NCBI RefSeq assembly: GCF_000143415.4
Contig: NW_003314285.1
Location: forward strand, 1,747,471 to 1,811,470
Reading direction: 5' to 3'
Length of the DNA stretch: 64,000 nucleotides
Source of the DNA: Selaginella moellendorffii
Taxonomy: Eukaryota > Plantae > Lycopodiophyta
Both the position numbers and the translations under genes were made by a program. The notes under the pieces were generated by a model. That model searched no databases, was not told the origin of the DNA, and was given only the letters and a program-made list of their open reading frames with translations. This document shows, piece by piece, positions 51,143 through 62,407 of the stretch (position 1 is its first letter; every line of letters begins with the position of its first letter).

Positions 51143-53341
51143 TTACCAATAATCTTCACACGAGCAGGAACCATTCCGGAACTCGTGGAAGCGATTTGCG
51201 TCCCTGACGATGATTTTCCTGCCCGAAAACTTGGAGATGATCTTGGTAGCCGAGTGACAGTCGGGGCAGACACGCAAGTTCTTCATGATCCGGAGCTCAG
51301 TCCCACCCGGGCTCGAGATCATCCCAAACGCAATCGCCAGCCTCTCGCTGTGGAAGCAGCACATCTTCTCCTTGGCCTCTCTCGCCGCGTTGTGCAACAC
51401 AGCCTTGATATCCGGGACGTAGCCTCTCTCGCGGATCACCCCCTCGATCCTCCGCAGCTCCTCGTAAATCTCACGCTTCCGCGGGTGCGAGGTGTCCCCA
51501 GCGATGAACTCGTGCAGCACTCCACCAATCTCGATGGAGCTCTTCCCGGCCATCTTGAAGACTCCACGCTGGTCCATGAGCTTTCTCATCCTGGCCATGT
51601 CGTCCCACCTCTCCGCGAGAGCGTACAAGTTGGAGAGCGCGACATAGGATCCCGAGTCCGTGGGCCTCAGCGCCATGATCCGGTCCGCCGCTCGAGCTGC
51701 TCGCTCCACGTCCGCGTGAGTGATGCAAGCTCCCAGGAGTATCGTCCAGATGGTGTGATCCGGATGGTATGGCATGGAGTTGATGAACTCCTCGGCTTCG
51801 TCCAGCCACCCGGCTCGTCCCAGGAGATCGATGAGACAGCCGCACTGGAGAGACGTCGGCTTGAAGCCGTAGTCGCCGATCATGGAGCTGTAGAGCTTGC
51901 AGCTATCCTTGACGAGCCCGGCATGGCTGCAAGCGAAGAGCACCCCGATGAAAGTGATGTCGTCGTGTGTGATCCCGAGGATGGTCATCTCCGAGAAGAG
52001 CTCCAGAGCTTCCCTGAGATGGCTGTTCTGTGCGTAGACCATGATCATCGTGTTCCACGAGACTGCGTTGGTGGATTCAGTCTCGTCGAAAACTTTCCTC
52101 GCCAGATCCAGCCTCCCACACTTCCCATACATGTTGATCAGTGCCGAGTTCACGGTTGCCTCTCTCTCACGTCCCGCGGCGATGGCTTGATCGTGGATCG
52201 CTTGTCCTCGAGCTAGAAGTGACGAGTTGCAGCAGCAGGCGTCCAAGGCACTGGTGAAAGTCACGCCATCCGGAAGAACTCGGCTCTCTTGCATCCGTTT
52301 GTAGATCTCTAGAGCCTGGAAGCCATAGCCGTTCTGTCCGTAGACCGCGATCATCGAGTTCCAGGTGATGATATCCTTCCTCTGCATCGCGTCGAAAACT
52401 TTCCTCGCTTCGTCGGGACTGGCGCACTTCCCATACATGTTGATGAGAGCGTTCCCCACGCAAACGTTGGCCTCGCTCCTGGCGTCGATCACCCCGTGAA
52501 CTTCCCTGCCAATGCCAAACACGGCGATATCGGCACACACATCCACCACCGTGACGAAAGTTACCTCGGTCGGCTCCACGCCGTCGAGCGTCATGAGCAA
52601 GAACACCTTGAGCGCGTCGCGGAAGAATCCATTGAGAGCGTAGGCAGCGACGAGGGCGGTCCAGGCGATCACACTCCTGCTCGTGAGGCTCTCAAACACG
52701 CTGCAAGCGTCCGCCAAGCTCCTGCATTTGGCATACATGTTGATCAGGCAGTTCGCCACGAAGATATCTGCCAGAAATCCACAACAAGCAATGCGTCTGT
52801 GAAGAGCTCTACCTCGATCCAGCCACGACAGTGCCGCCACGGCCCCCAGGAGCTCGATGAAGGTGATGGAATTGGGCGAAATCCCCTCGAGATCCATGAT
52901 CTCCAGGAGATTGAGCGCATCCATGTAATGCCCATTGTGGGCAAATGCTGCTACCATGATAGTCCACGAGAAAACGTTCCTCCTGGGCGTGATGTGGAAG
53001 ACGCTCTTGGCCGCCTGGAGACTGCCACACTTGCCATACATCTCTACCAGGAGATTGCAAAGGTATCTGCTGCTCTTGAATCCACACAGCACGATGTGGT
53101 AGTGGATGCGCTTGCCCTCGGCGATGGCGGCCTCGCTCCCACAGCGGCGGAGGTACCAGGCCAGCACCTCGGCGCTGGGCGACACGGATCGATCCTCGAG
53201 GAGCTGCACGGCGTCGCGGAGATCCAGGCGCTCGAGCCGATCGATCTGCTGCTCCTCTTTCTCGGTGAGAGGGAAGAATCTGGCACTGCTAGTGGAAACC
53301 CATCGGAGTGCGCGGATCCGGCATTTCAGCCGAACGAGCAT
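51143..53341 (-). CDS. PPR-DYW C-to-U RNA editing factor
   Basis: PLS array, E/E+, HSERLA, CPDCH, ends CSCEDYW. Confidence 0.96.
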   Translation of the reverse strand: MLVRLKCRIRALRWVSTSSARFFPLTEKEEQQIDRLERLDLRDAVQLLEDRSVSPSAEVLAWYLRRCGSEAAIAEGKRIHYHIVLCGFKSSRYLCNLLVEMYGKCGSLQAAKSVFHITPRRNVFSWTIMVAAFAHNGHYMDALNLLEIMDLEGISPNSITFIELLGAVAALSWLDRGRALHRRIACCGFLADIFVANCLINMYAKCRSLADACSVFESLTSRSVIAWTALVAAYALNGFFRDALKVFLLMTLDGVEPTEVTFVTVVDVCADIAVFGIGREVHGVIDARSEANVCVGNALINMYGKCASPDEARKVFDAMQRKDIITWNSMIAVYGQNGYGFQALEIYKRMQESRVLPDGVTFTSALDACCCNSSLLARGQAIHDQAIAAGREREATVNSALINMYGKCGRLDLARKVFDETESTNAVSWNTMIMVYAQNSHLREALELFSEMTILGITHDDITFIGVLFACSHAGLVKDSCKLYSSMIGDYGFKPTSLQCGCLIDLLGRAGWLDEAEEFINSMPYHPDHTIWTILLGACITHADVERAARAADRIMALRPTDSGSYVALSNLYALAERWDDMARMRKLMDQRGVFKMAGKSSIEIGGVLHEFIAGDTSHPRKREIYEELRRIEGVIRERGYVPDIKAVLHNAAREAKEKMCCFHSERLAIAFGMISSPGGTELRIMKNLRVCPDCHSATKIISKFSGRKIIVRDANRFHEFRNGSCSCEDYW

Positions 53342-53425
53342 AATCTCTACGTAGTGATCATCTAGTTATCGTTTAATCATTGTTGTGCAGACAATTTCTT
53401 TTGAAAGTTTTAATTATTATTTATG

Positions 53426-53427
<2 letters not shown>

Positions 53428-53458
<31 letters not shown>
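53428..53458. repeat. (ATT)n microsatellite
   Basis: Direct inspection. Confidence 0.85.
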
Positions 53459-53459
<1 letters not shown>

Positions 53460-53587
53460 ATTATTAAATTATTAAACTTAGGTGGTAATATTTTTTAACT
53501 TGCTGCTTAACTGTAATGAACATTTTAATTGATAAAAATGATTTACTGTGCTAAACTATTCCTGGCATATTCTACACCATCTTAATG

Positions 53588-56386
53588 TTACCAGTAGTCC
53601 CCACAGGAGCACTCGCCACGATCGAAGTGGTGAAACCGGTTGCTGTCCCGGACCGTGATCCTTCTTCCCTCGACGCCGCTAATGAACTTGATTGCCGAGT
53701 GGCAGTCGGAGCACACGCGCAAGTTCTTGACGATGCACAGCGGCGTCCTGGGTGGCGTGCTGGCAATCCCAAACGCCACCGCCAGCTTCTCGCTGTGATA
53801 GAACAGCACCTCGTCCTTCTCCTCCTCTTCCATGCTGTGGATCACCACCTTTCGATCCGGCTCGTACCCCTTGATCCTCATCTCCGACATCAGCCTCTGC
53901 AGCGTCTTGAAGATGCGAGACTTGTCCGGATGGATCGAGTCCCCGGCCACGAACTCGTGCACCTGTTTGTCGATCTCGATCCAGCTCCGCCCAGCCTGCT
54001 TCCTCACCCCGGCTTGCTCCATCCTCTTCCTCACCTTGGCAGCCTCGTCCCACTTCTTGAGCGCCGCGTAGAGGTTGGAGAGCATGATGTAGGCCGCGGC
54101 ACACCTGGGCTCTCGCTGGAACGCCTCCTCCGCCGCTCGGGCAGCTCGATCTTCGTCCTTGTGCGTCACACAGGCGCAGAGCAGCGATGTCCAGAGCACA
54201 GCGTCGGCTGGAACCGGCATGGCTTGTATCAGCTCCTCGGCCTCTTCGAGCTTCCCAGACCGCCCAAGCATGTCGATCAAGCATCCAAAGTGTACCTCCC
54301 TGGGAGTGATGCCGAAGTCCTGCCTCATCTCCACGAAGTGGCTCACGGCGTCTTTGAACTTCCCCGAGTGGCTGCAACAGTAGAGGATGGTGACGAAGGT
54401 GATGTCGTTCGGCCTCACTCCTTCCAGCTTCATTTGCAGCGCTAGCCGGAGCGATTCCTTGACGAGGCCGTTCTGGGCGTAGCTGGTCATCATCGACGTC
54501 CACGAGACGACGTTCTTGGAGTCCATGTAGTCGAAGATCCGCCGAGCTTCTGCCAAGTTGCCGCACTTGCCATACATGTGAACCAGCGCGTTCTGGATGC
54601 CAGCGTCCAGTCCCAGAGCCGTGGAGTTCACCGTAGCGTGGATTTGCTTCCCTCGGTCCCCTGCTGCAGCACTGGCACAGGCGTCCAGCACGCTTATAAA
54701 TGTGATCCTGTCCGGCTTCACGTCCATGCTGTCGAACAAGGCCAGAGCTTCTCTCGATCTTCCGTTCTGGCCGTAAGCTGCTAGCATCGCGTTCCAGGAG
54801 ACCACATTCTTCTCCACCATGCTGTCAAACACGTCCCTGGCATCGTCGGGGCTTCCACACTTGCCATACATGTTGACGAGTGTGTTGCCAACAACGATGG
54901 AAGTGTCCAGCCCCGCGTAAACGATCCTGACGTGAAGAGCTTTGCCGAGCTCCAGAGCTCCCACGCTGGTGTAGGCGTCTAGAACACTGACGTAAGTTAT
55001 CCTGTCCAGCTCCATCCCTTCCTGTTGCATGAGCTTGAAGAAGAGGAGGGCCTCGTCCGCAAGCTCGTTCTGGCAAAAGGCCGCGATCATCGTGCTCCAG
55101 CTGATAACGTTCTTTTCCGGCATCCTCGTAAACACGGCAAAGGCCTCCCCGATGCTTCCACACTTGCCATACATGTTGATGATGGCGTTGGCGGTGACCA
55201 AGTCCGAATCCATGCCGCACGAAGCAGCAGCCGAGTGGATCTCTCTCCCCAGCTTGAGAGCTTCCAAGCTGGAGCAAGCGTCTAGAGCAGCGACGAACGT
55301 CATGTTGGCCGGAAGCACGCCGCACTGATCCATCTCCTGGAAGAGCTGGATGGCCGATCTCGCGAGGCCACAGTTGACGTAGATGCTCAGCATGGAGTTC
55401 CAGCATATCAAGTCCCTCCTCTTCATCTTGTCAAAGATGGCCTTGGCCTCGGCAAAACTTCCACACCTCCCATACATGTTGACGAGAGTTGTCGCGAGAG
55501 ATCCATCTACATCCAGCCGGAACTCGTTGATCTTGGAGTGGACGTCCCTGCCTCTAGCCAAGCCTTCCTCCTCGTCAAGCCCAGCACAAGCATCCAGCGT
55601 GCTGATGAAAGTCACTCTATCCGGCATCACCCCTCCCTGTCTTTCCAGCTCGTCGAAGATCTCCACAGCCTGCCTGTTATACCCATTCTGTGCGTATGCC
55701 GCGATCATGGCGTTCCAGGAGACGATGTCGCGCCTTCTCATTGCATCGAAGACGAGCTTCGCCTCTTCTAGCTCCTGGAACTTCCCATACATGCTGATCA
55801 AGCTATTGTTGATCATCACGTCCGTCGCAAACTCCGTGTGATCTGAGAGTAGCGAGTGAATACCTCTTCCTTGCGAGAGTGCCTTGGCGGCTCCACACGA
55901 ATCGATGAACTTGAGCAGCGCTACTCGGTCAGGGAGCTCCCCTTCTTGGCACATCCGGTGGAAGAGCTGGATCGCCTCCACTCCACGCCCGCTCTGCACA
56001 AATCCAGCCATGAGCATCGTCCAAGAGAAGACATTCTTGTGCTGCATGGCATCAAACACGCGCTTAGCTTCCACCAAGCTGCCGCATTTGCCATACATGT
56101 CCACAAGGAGATTGGAGAGAAATCTAGGCCTGTCCAGCGTACCTGAATCCATCCACCGGTGGATCCTCCGGCCCTCCTCCAGCGCCTTGGCGCCCGCGCA
56201 GCGGCGAATGAGCTGCTCTAGATCTCCAGTGCCGCCGGCGGCGCCAGATTGCTCTAGCAGATCCACGGCCTCGCGGATCGCATCGACGCCGCCGCATTCC
56301 AGCACCGGGGACAACCACTTCGTGATTGCCCGCCTAACAGAGGAGGCCATAAACCCTAAATCATCAACGTGACGTGGCATTGTCAT
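53588..56386 (-). CDS. PPR-DYW C-to-U RNA editing factor
   Basis: PLS array, HSEKLA, CSDCH, ends CSCGDYW. Confidence 0.96.
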   Translation of the reverse strand: MTMPRHVDDLGFMASSVRRAITKWLSPVLECGGVDAIREAVDLLEQSGAAGGTGDLEQLIRRCAGAKALEEGRRIHRWMDSGTLDRPRFLSNLLVDMYGKCGSLVEAKRVFDAMQHKNVFSWTMLMAGFVQSGRGVEAIQLFHRMCQEGELPDRVALLKFIDSCGAAKALSQGRGIHSLLSDHTEFATDVMINNSLISMYGKFQELEEAKLVFDAMRRRDIVSWNAMIAAYAQNGYNRQAVEIFDELERQGGVMPDRVTFISTLDACAGLDEEEGLARGRDVHSKINEFRLDVDGSLATTLVNMYGRCGSFAEAKAIFDKMKRRDLICWNSMLSIYVNCGLARSAIQLFQEMDQCGVLPANMTFVAALDACSSLEALKLGREIHSAAASCGMDSDLVTANAIINMYGKCGSIGEAFAVFTRMPEKNVISWSTMIAAFCQNELADEALLFFKLMQQEGMELDRITYVSVLDAYTSVGALELGKALHVRIVYAGLDTSIVVGNTLVNMYGKCGSPDDARDVFDSMVEKNVVSWNAMLAAYGQNGRSREALALFDSMDVKPDRITFISVLDACASAAAGDRGKQIHATVNSTALGLDAGIQNALVHMYGKCGNLAEARRIFDYMDSKNVVSWTSMMTSYAQNGLVKESLRLALQMKLEGVRPNDITFVTILYCCSHSGKFKDAVSHFVEMRQDFGITPREVHFGCLIDMLGRSGKLEEAEELIQAMPVPADAVLWTSLLCACVTHKDEDRAARAAEEAFQREPRCAAAYIMLSNLYAALKKWDEAAKVRKRMEQAGVRKQAGRSWIEIDKQVHEFVAGDSIHPDKSRIFKTLQRLMSEMRIKGYEPDRKVVIHSMEEEEKDEVLFYHSEKLAVAFGIASTPPRTPLCIVKNLRVCSDCHSAIKFISGVEGRRITVRDSNRFHHFDRGECSCGDYW

Positions 56387-56662
56387 GACGTGTCACCACT
56401 TACATGAGTACACGTCAGTATAACTTCGACGGCTGCGATTGTGTACGGGAAATGGACGGGCAAGATTTGGTGGCACTGACAATTCGAAATCTTAGCGATG
56501 GGCGGGAGGAGCAGTGGCGCGCGCTAGGCTAGGGCTCCAGCGCGGGCGGAAGAGAGGGGAGCTCCCGCGGCGATGGATCCTTGTGCTTGGTAGCTGGAGA
56601 AAGTTTTCTTTCTACCGGCCGGAGGCTGTGGCGCTTGGAGGTAGGGTTTGCAGGCAGCGGCG

Positions 56663-59600
56663 ATGACTGCTGCTGCTAGTATCATTCCCAGCGACAATGA
56701 CGATTTCGTGGACGCCATCGTGCTCAGCTCCTCCGATGACGACGACGACGCTAGCGGGAAAGTCTTCTCTCCTCCAGCCGAGCAGCGGAGCGTCGCAACG
56801 CGGGTTAAATCCAGGAAGAGGAAACTTGCTACCCCGGCCGTCACCGCTTCCGCTGCTACTGTGTCACCCGAGAGGCCCCAACAGCCATCCAAGCCCAGGA
56901 AGCTTAAACGAATCTCTCTGGAGGATGTGAATCGAAGAGCCATGAAAGACATACAAAACGAGCTCCGGGATCCATCCCCAGAAGGCATGGGGTCGAGGGA
57001 AGAAACTCCAGCCTCTATGGCCAAGGTTGGCACAGGTAGTGGGAGGTCTAGAAAAAAATCTGGGCGTCGACGAGCAAGTGCCACTTCTTCTGGCACCGTG
57101 AAGGAAGAAGATGTTGCTGCGAAGGAAGACCCATGTCCACAACGTCCCAGTGGTGACTGCATTGTGGTTTTGGATTCGTCGGAAGAGGATCAATTGAGTC
57201 CTTCGGCAGTGGTGCGTGAAGAAGATATTGGAAAGAAGGTTGACAAGAAGGCTGGAAAGTCTGTCCAACGCAAGGATCCTGGACCAAACCCCAAGCCCAA
57301 GCCCAAGCCCAGGAAGAGTTTCGGCCCAAAGAAGCAACCACTTCCATCACCTCCTTCACCGGACGATGACGACTTTGCTCAAGAACCTATCCTTGTGGAG
57401 TCCGACGACGATGACGAGGAGGACTCTCCTTCCGCGGCTCTCGTTGCGTGTCCCAGAAAGGGTCATAAGCTCGCTGTCAAGGCCCACTTTGTTGGCAAGC
57501 CAATTCCTGCTGCTCGAGCTAAGAGGCAGTGGCCTAATCGGTATGACAAGGTAAAGGCTTTTAAAGTGGTTGCATCTTTGTCTGACCTGCTAGACGCAGC
57601 AGAGTGCAGGAGCCGGCTCTCAAAAATGCGTGGAACATTACGAGGAAGCTGTGGTCGACGGGAAGCATTACAAAGTTGGCGATTGCGTTGCTTTAGAGGT
57701 ACAGTCTTTCATTTGCAGCTTCTTTGTAATCAACCAGTTACAGGGTGACGACACGGAGTACCTTGGGAAGGTCCTTGAGTTTTTCAAAACAGCTAACCAG
57801 GAAAACTGGTTTCGGGTTCAATGGTTTTTCCGATTTTCTGATACGGTATGTTTACGTCTCTGCGTATACCCGGATTGTAAATGTTCTCTGCAGGCCATAG
57901 GAGATCTCGACGATGTTCACCTTGACAATAAAAGGGTGTTTCTGTCAGACGATGAGGATGACAACATGATAGAGTGTATCATTAAAAAAGTAAAAGTGTC
58001 ATACGCGCCGGTTATGGTAAGCCTTTACGAGATGCTTGACCGCTGCTAATTGAAGCTTTTACAGGATGCATTTTCGAAAAAAAAGATCAAACAAAATTGC
58101 GATTACTATTTTGACATGGGTTATACTGGTGACTTCTCGACGTTTTACAAGGTGCCCTCAGGTAATGTTTTTGTTTTGTCTACGTAAACTGGCAACCTCA
58201 GATAGCGATGCTCTTGAAGAAGCGAGTTCCAGTTTTCAGACTGCTGTAACTAGATGCAGCGATACTATCAAGCCGGAATTGATATTGCTGGATTTGTACT
58301 GCGGTTGTGGGGCCATGTCAACGGGGCTGTCTATGGGAGCGGCATTGGGAGGTGTCAAGCTTGTAACTGTAAGTCTAGTGGATTGTATCGCGACTTCTGG
58401 TAATATCTGTTTGTGCATGTAGAAATGGGCCGTAGATTACAATGAACACGCATGCAACAGCATGAAGTATAATCATCCAGAAACCGAGGTGCATTTTACT
58501 GAAAATGAAGGTAATTACTTCACTCAGTTTTCTTCCTTGTATAGGTCCGCAACGAGGACGCCGAATGTTTTCTCCTTTTACTGAAAGAGTGGCAAAAGCT
58601 CTGTACGAAATACGAAGGGCATGTAGCGGATGACAATTCAAACGCGAGTAGCCCTGATAGCACCACGCTTGGCGCAGATGAATATGCCGCTGATGAATAC
58701 GAAGTTCAGCAGGTAGTTGATATTCGCATGGCAGGGATTCAGAAGCCAAAAAAGCCAGACACCTCGTCCAAAATGCCTGAGAAGCCAATCAAAAGACGAC
58801 TTGAGTTCAAGGTGGGCAAAGGTTTTCTGTCGGATGTAACGAACACTTCGTCATGCAGGTACGCTGGAAAGGCTATACTAGTGATCACGATACCTGGGAA
58901 CCTGTAGATCACCTTGAGTAAGTAGTATGTTTTTTCGGTGGCGCACTATCATAGGCCGCTTCTTGCAGCTCCTGCCAAGAACGTATTCGTGACTTTGTAC
59001 TGGAAGGAAGGAGACGTCGTATCTTGCCTTTGCCGGTAAAGTGGATATTTTATCGCTTGCAGTTTGTAAGGTTTTGTCACGACCAGGGAGACGTTGACAT
59101 GGTGTGCGGAGGCCCTCCTTGCCAAGGGGCCAGTGGATACAATCGTTTTCGAAACACTGAGGCTCCTCTTACTTGCCCTCGTAATCGTCAGATGGTTATT
59201 TTCATGGACATCGTAGGTTTCTTGAGGCCGAAGTTCGTTTTGATGGAGAACGTTGTCGATATATTGAAATTTCAGCAAGGCCTTCTTGGCAGGTATGCCA
59301 TGTTCCGCCTAGTGGATATGCGTTACCAGGTTCGTTTTCCTTTGTTTTCTTGTGGGGCTTGTTAATTCTTTGATTCTCCAGGCAAAACTTGGTATGATGG
59401 CTGCTGGGTCGTATGGACTACCACAGTTTAGGATGCGTGTGTTTCTCTGGGGCGCGGCTCCGTCGGAAGTATGCTTTACTTTATCTAGTTTTGCGGGTTG
59501 ATAACGTCTTTTCACAGATGCTACCAGCATTTCCTCTTCCAACGCACGATGCAATTTACAAAGGAAATGTTCCCAACCAATTTTCAGTAAGGGGCCTTGG

Positions 59601-60752
59601 CTTGTTGTTGAAACACCTTTTTTACTAATGTGACGTGGTTGTGCAGCGGAACGTTGTAAAGCACATTGGCGAGCGGCAACTTGAGAAAGCACTGTTTCTA
59701 GGAGATTCCATATCTGATCTGCCTCCTGTAAGTCTTTGTCAAAAACTTCTACGTTTTCTGAAAGTCTTTCTTGCTCCAGGTGAAAAATTGTGAGACAAGG
59801 GACGAGATCCCCTATAGAGACGGGCCGAAAACCGAATTCCAAAAACGTATTAGAAGCGCCAGAGATGGTGAGGCTCTATTTCTGAAACTTGCAACAAACG
59901 TTTGCTACTTCGAGATTTTGCAGTATTTTACGGTCGGGGACCCCGGGCGATGAATTCAACGGTGCATGATCACCGGCCATTACGACTAAATGACGACGAT
60001 TACCAACGAGCTTGTAGAATACCAAAACGGAAGGTAATTGATTCGTAATTTCAATTGCTACTTGCTAGACAAATGCGCTGTTCAGGGAGCCAATTTTCGA
60101 GATTTAGGTGGACTGAAAATTAAGGACGACAATTCAGTAACGCTGGATTTGACGGTGGAAAGAGAGTATTTGCCGTCTGGAAAACCACTGGTAATTTTAA
60201 GTCTGATATTTGCTCTCACCTCTCGTTTCCTTTCCTAGATACCGGACTATGCGATCTCTTTCATTAAAGGGAGATCACTCAAGTAAGTCTTGCAGTGTGT
60301 TTGAAACCATACCAATATTTTGAAAACTCTAGGCCATTTGCGAGGATGTGGTGGGACGAGACTGTACCGACAGTAATCACACGAGCTGAGCCGCACAACC
60401 ATGTGAGCTTTATAAAAAGTTTAGTCTCCTCAATCGAAATGCGCGTGCTTTTCCAGAGAATGTTGCACCCGACGCAGGATAGAGTGCTAACAGTCCGGGA
60501 GAACGCTCGCCTGCAAGGCTTTCCCGACTGGTATAAGCTCACAGGAAGTGTAAAGGAGAGGTAAGTGTGATTTTCTCTTGCGGGATCAGTATCACTCTCT
60601 TCGACCACAGGTACATCCAAGTTGGAAACGCAGTCGCTGTGCCGGTTGCTCGAGCGCTTGGCTTCTCGCTTGCCTTGACCACGCAACGCCTGTGCAAGGA
60701 ACCGCGGCTTGAGCTCCCAGCCGGCTTCCCGTGCTTTGAATCGCAAGAGTAA
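56663..60752 (+). CDS. CMT: Chromomethylase (BAH + C5 DNA methyltransferase with embedded chromodomain), about 20 exons
   Basis: BAH ([14 protein letters not shown]), motif I LDLYCGCG, chromodomain EYEV..FK|[49 protein letters not shown]; the junctions checked keep frame; start codon less certain. Confidence 0.95.
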
Positions 60753-60869
60753 GATCACGGCGAAGAAGAGAACCTGACCCAGGAAAATCTCAAAAGGCAA
60801 ACACGCTAACGAATTTCTCATTTATTCATTTGGATTAGCTCTATGCACAACAAGCTAGAGCTTCTAGTT

Positions 60870-61621
60870 ACTGTTACCGGTACCATGGTGGCCCCCGTGG
60901 TACCCAGCAGTGGTATCGTGACCATGTGACCTTCATGACCGTGCCAGCCGTCTACATTGCCAGTAGTAGAATCGTGACCGTAGCCATGCCAGCCGTCTAC
61001 GTTACAATCGACATCCATGGCCACCGTGACCATGCCAGTACCAACGTTGGCAGTAGCACAATCGTGAACATTGGGAGCCATCTATGGTACCAGTGGTAGC
61101 CACGTTGGCAGTAGCACGATTGTGACCATGACATCCATGGCCACCGTGACCATGCCAGCCATCCACGGTACCAGTTGTAACACCGTTGACCATGACATCC
61201 ATGACCATGCCATCTACAGTGCCAGTGGTAAAGTCGTGATCAATCGTGACCACCACTGTGGCCATGCCAGCCATCTACGTTGCCCAGTAGTAGAATCGTG
61301 ACTGGTGACCCCGTGACCACCATGGCCATGCCAGCCAGTTGTAGTATCGTTACCTTGATCCTAGTATCATCACCCATGGTGACACCCGTGATCATGCCAG
61401 CCAGTTGTACTATCATCACCATGATCCACATTACCAACACTAGTAGTCGTGTCGTGACCGTGGTAACCCCAGCCTCCATGGTGATAGTGATCAGAGGGAT
61501 TAAGCTTGTCACCATCTTCCTTTTCCTTGAGCACTCGAGCAAGTGTGGGAGTCGAACTAGTGATCAAGAGGATTCCAAAGAGCGCCAAACTTATGGAGTG
61601 ATCCCAACGACGAGAAGCCAT
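60870..61621 (-). pseudogene. Frameshifted secreted His/Gly/Trp-rich repeat precursor (unit ~HDSTTGNVDGWHGHGGHG)
   Basis: Signal peptide ORF 61621-61370, then stops; the same repeat unit continues in three different frames. Confidence 0.75.
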
Positions 61622-61871
61622 TGCTACGAAGAGAAGACAGATGGATGGGTGAACGATGGGTTTGAGGCAAAGGAATGCGAGGATCTTTATATATTCTCAT
61701 GGAAACTTGACGAAAATCGAGCCTTTCTTCCAAATAGAGAGTTCCGTGGTACAATGGTGGTGGTGATCGTGCACAAAACCACAACTCCATGACTTGGATT
61801 TGAAGACGCTTAACTTAGATCCAACGGCCGAAGCTCTTATTTAGAGACAAGACAGAGATGCCCACCAGGCT

Positions 61872-61908
61872 ACGTGGCGAGAGTTGACTTAATTGACCAT
61901 AGTTGACC
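61872..61908. promoter_or_regulatory. ABRE-type ACGTGGC plus three tandem W-boxes in a divergent promoter
   Basis: ACGTGGC 61872-78; TTGACT 61884, TTGACC 61893, TTGACC 61903. Confidence 0.6.
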
Positions 61909-62011
61909 AAACCTTTTCCCGAGATGGAAATCGACCATCACCCCTCGCTGGAAAGTTCCAGGGCCCTTTAAAACCCCGAGACGCTCCACACTCTTCTCTC
62001 TAGCACCAGCC

Positions 62012-62407
62012 ATGGCTTCCTTCTCCTTCGCGCGAATGGGGCTAGCCTTCCTTCTTCTAGTCTTGCTCGTTAGCTCCTCCATCTCCACGCTCGTCAAAGA
62101 GGAGAGCTCCAACTCCAAGAGCGCTAGTAGCGCCACCACCGCTACTCGCGAGGAGGCGCGGGACGAGCATGGTGGCAAGACCACCACGCAGTGGGGTGGC
62201 GGCGGGTGTGGACATCACGGATGTGGCGGCGGTGGTGGATGGGGTGGTCACGGTGGTGGCGGAGGGTGGGGTGGCGGCCGTGGTGGTGGCGGATGGGGCG
62301 GCCACGGCGGCGGCCGTGGCGGTGGTGGCGGTGGCTGGGGAGGAGGCGGCGGTGGCGGTGGCGGTGGTCACCATGGTCATGCCGGCGGTAAGAATGGTAA
62401 CAACTAG
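62012..62407 (+). CDS. Secreted glycine-rich protein (signal peptide, charged spacer, GGGWGGH/R repeats)
   Basis: 131-aa ORF with good ATG context (GCCATGG) and a hydrophobic signal peptide. Confidence 0.85.
   Translation: MASFSFARMGLAFLLLVLLVSSSISTLVKEESSNSKSASSATTATREEARDEHGGKTTTQWGGGGCGHHGCGGGGGWGGHGGGGGWGGGRGGGGWGGHGGGRGGGGGGWGGGGGGGGGGHHGHAGGKNGNN

Noticed and set aside
61360-61372. TGA TGA as readthrough or selenocysteine recoding
   Set aside because: Better explained by a 1-bp insertion in GGT GAT GAT; further frameshifts follow
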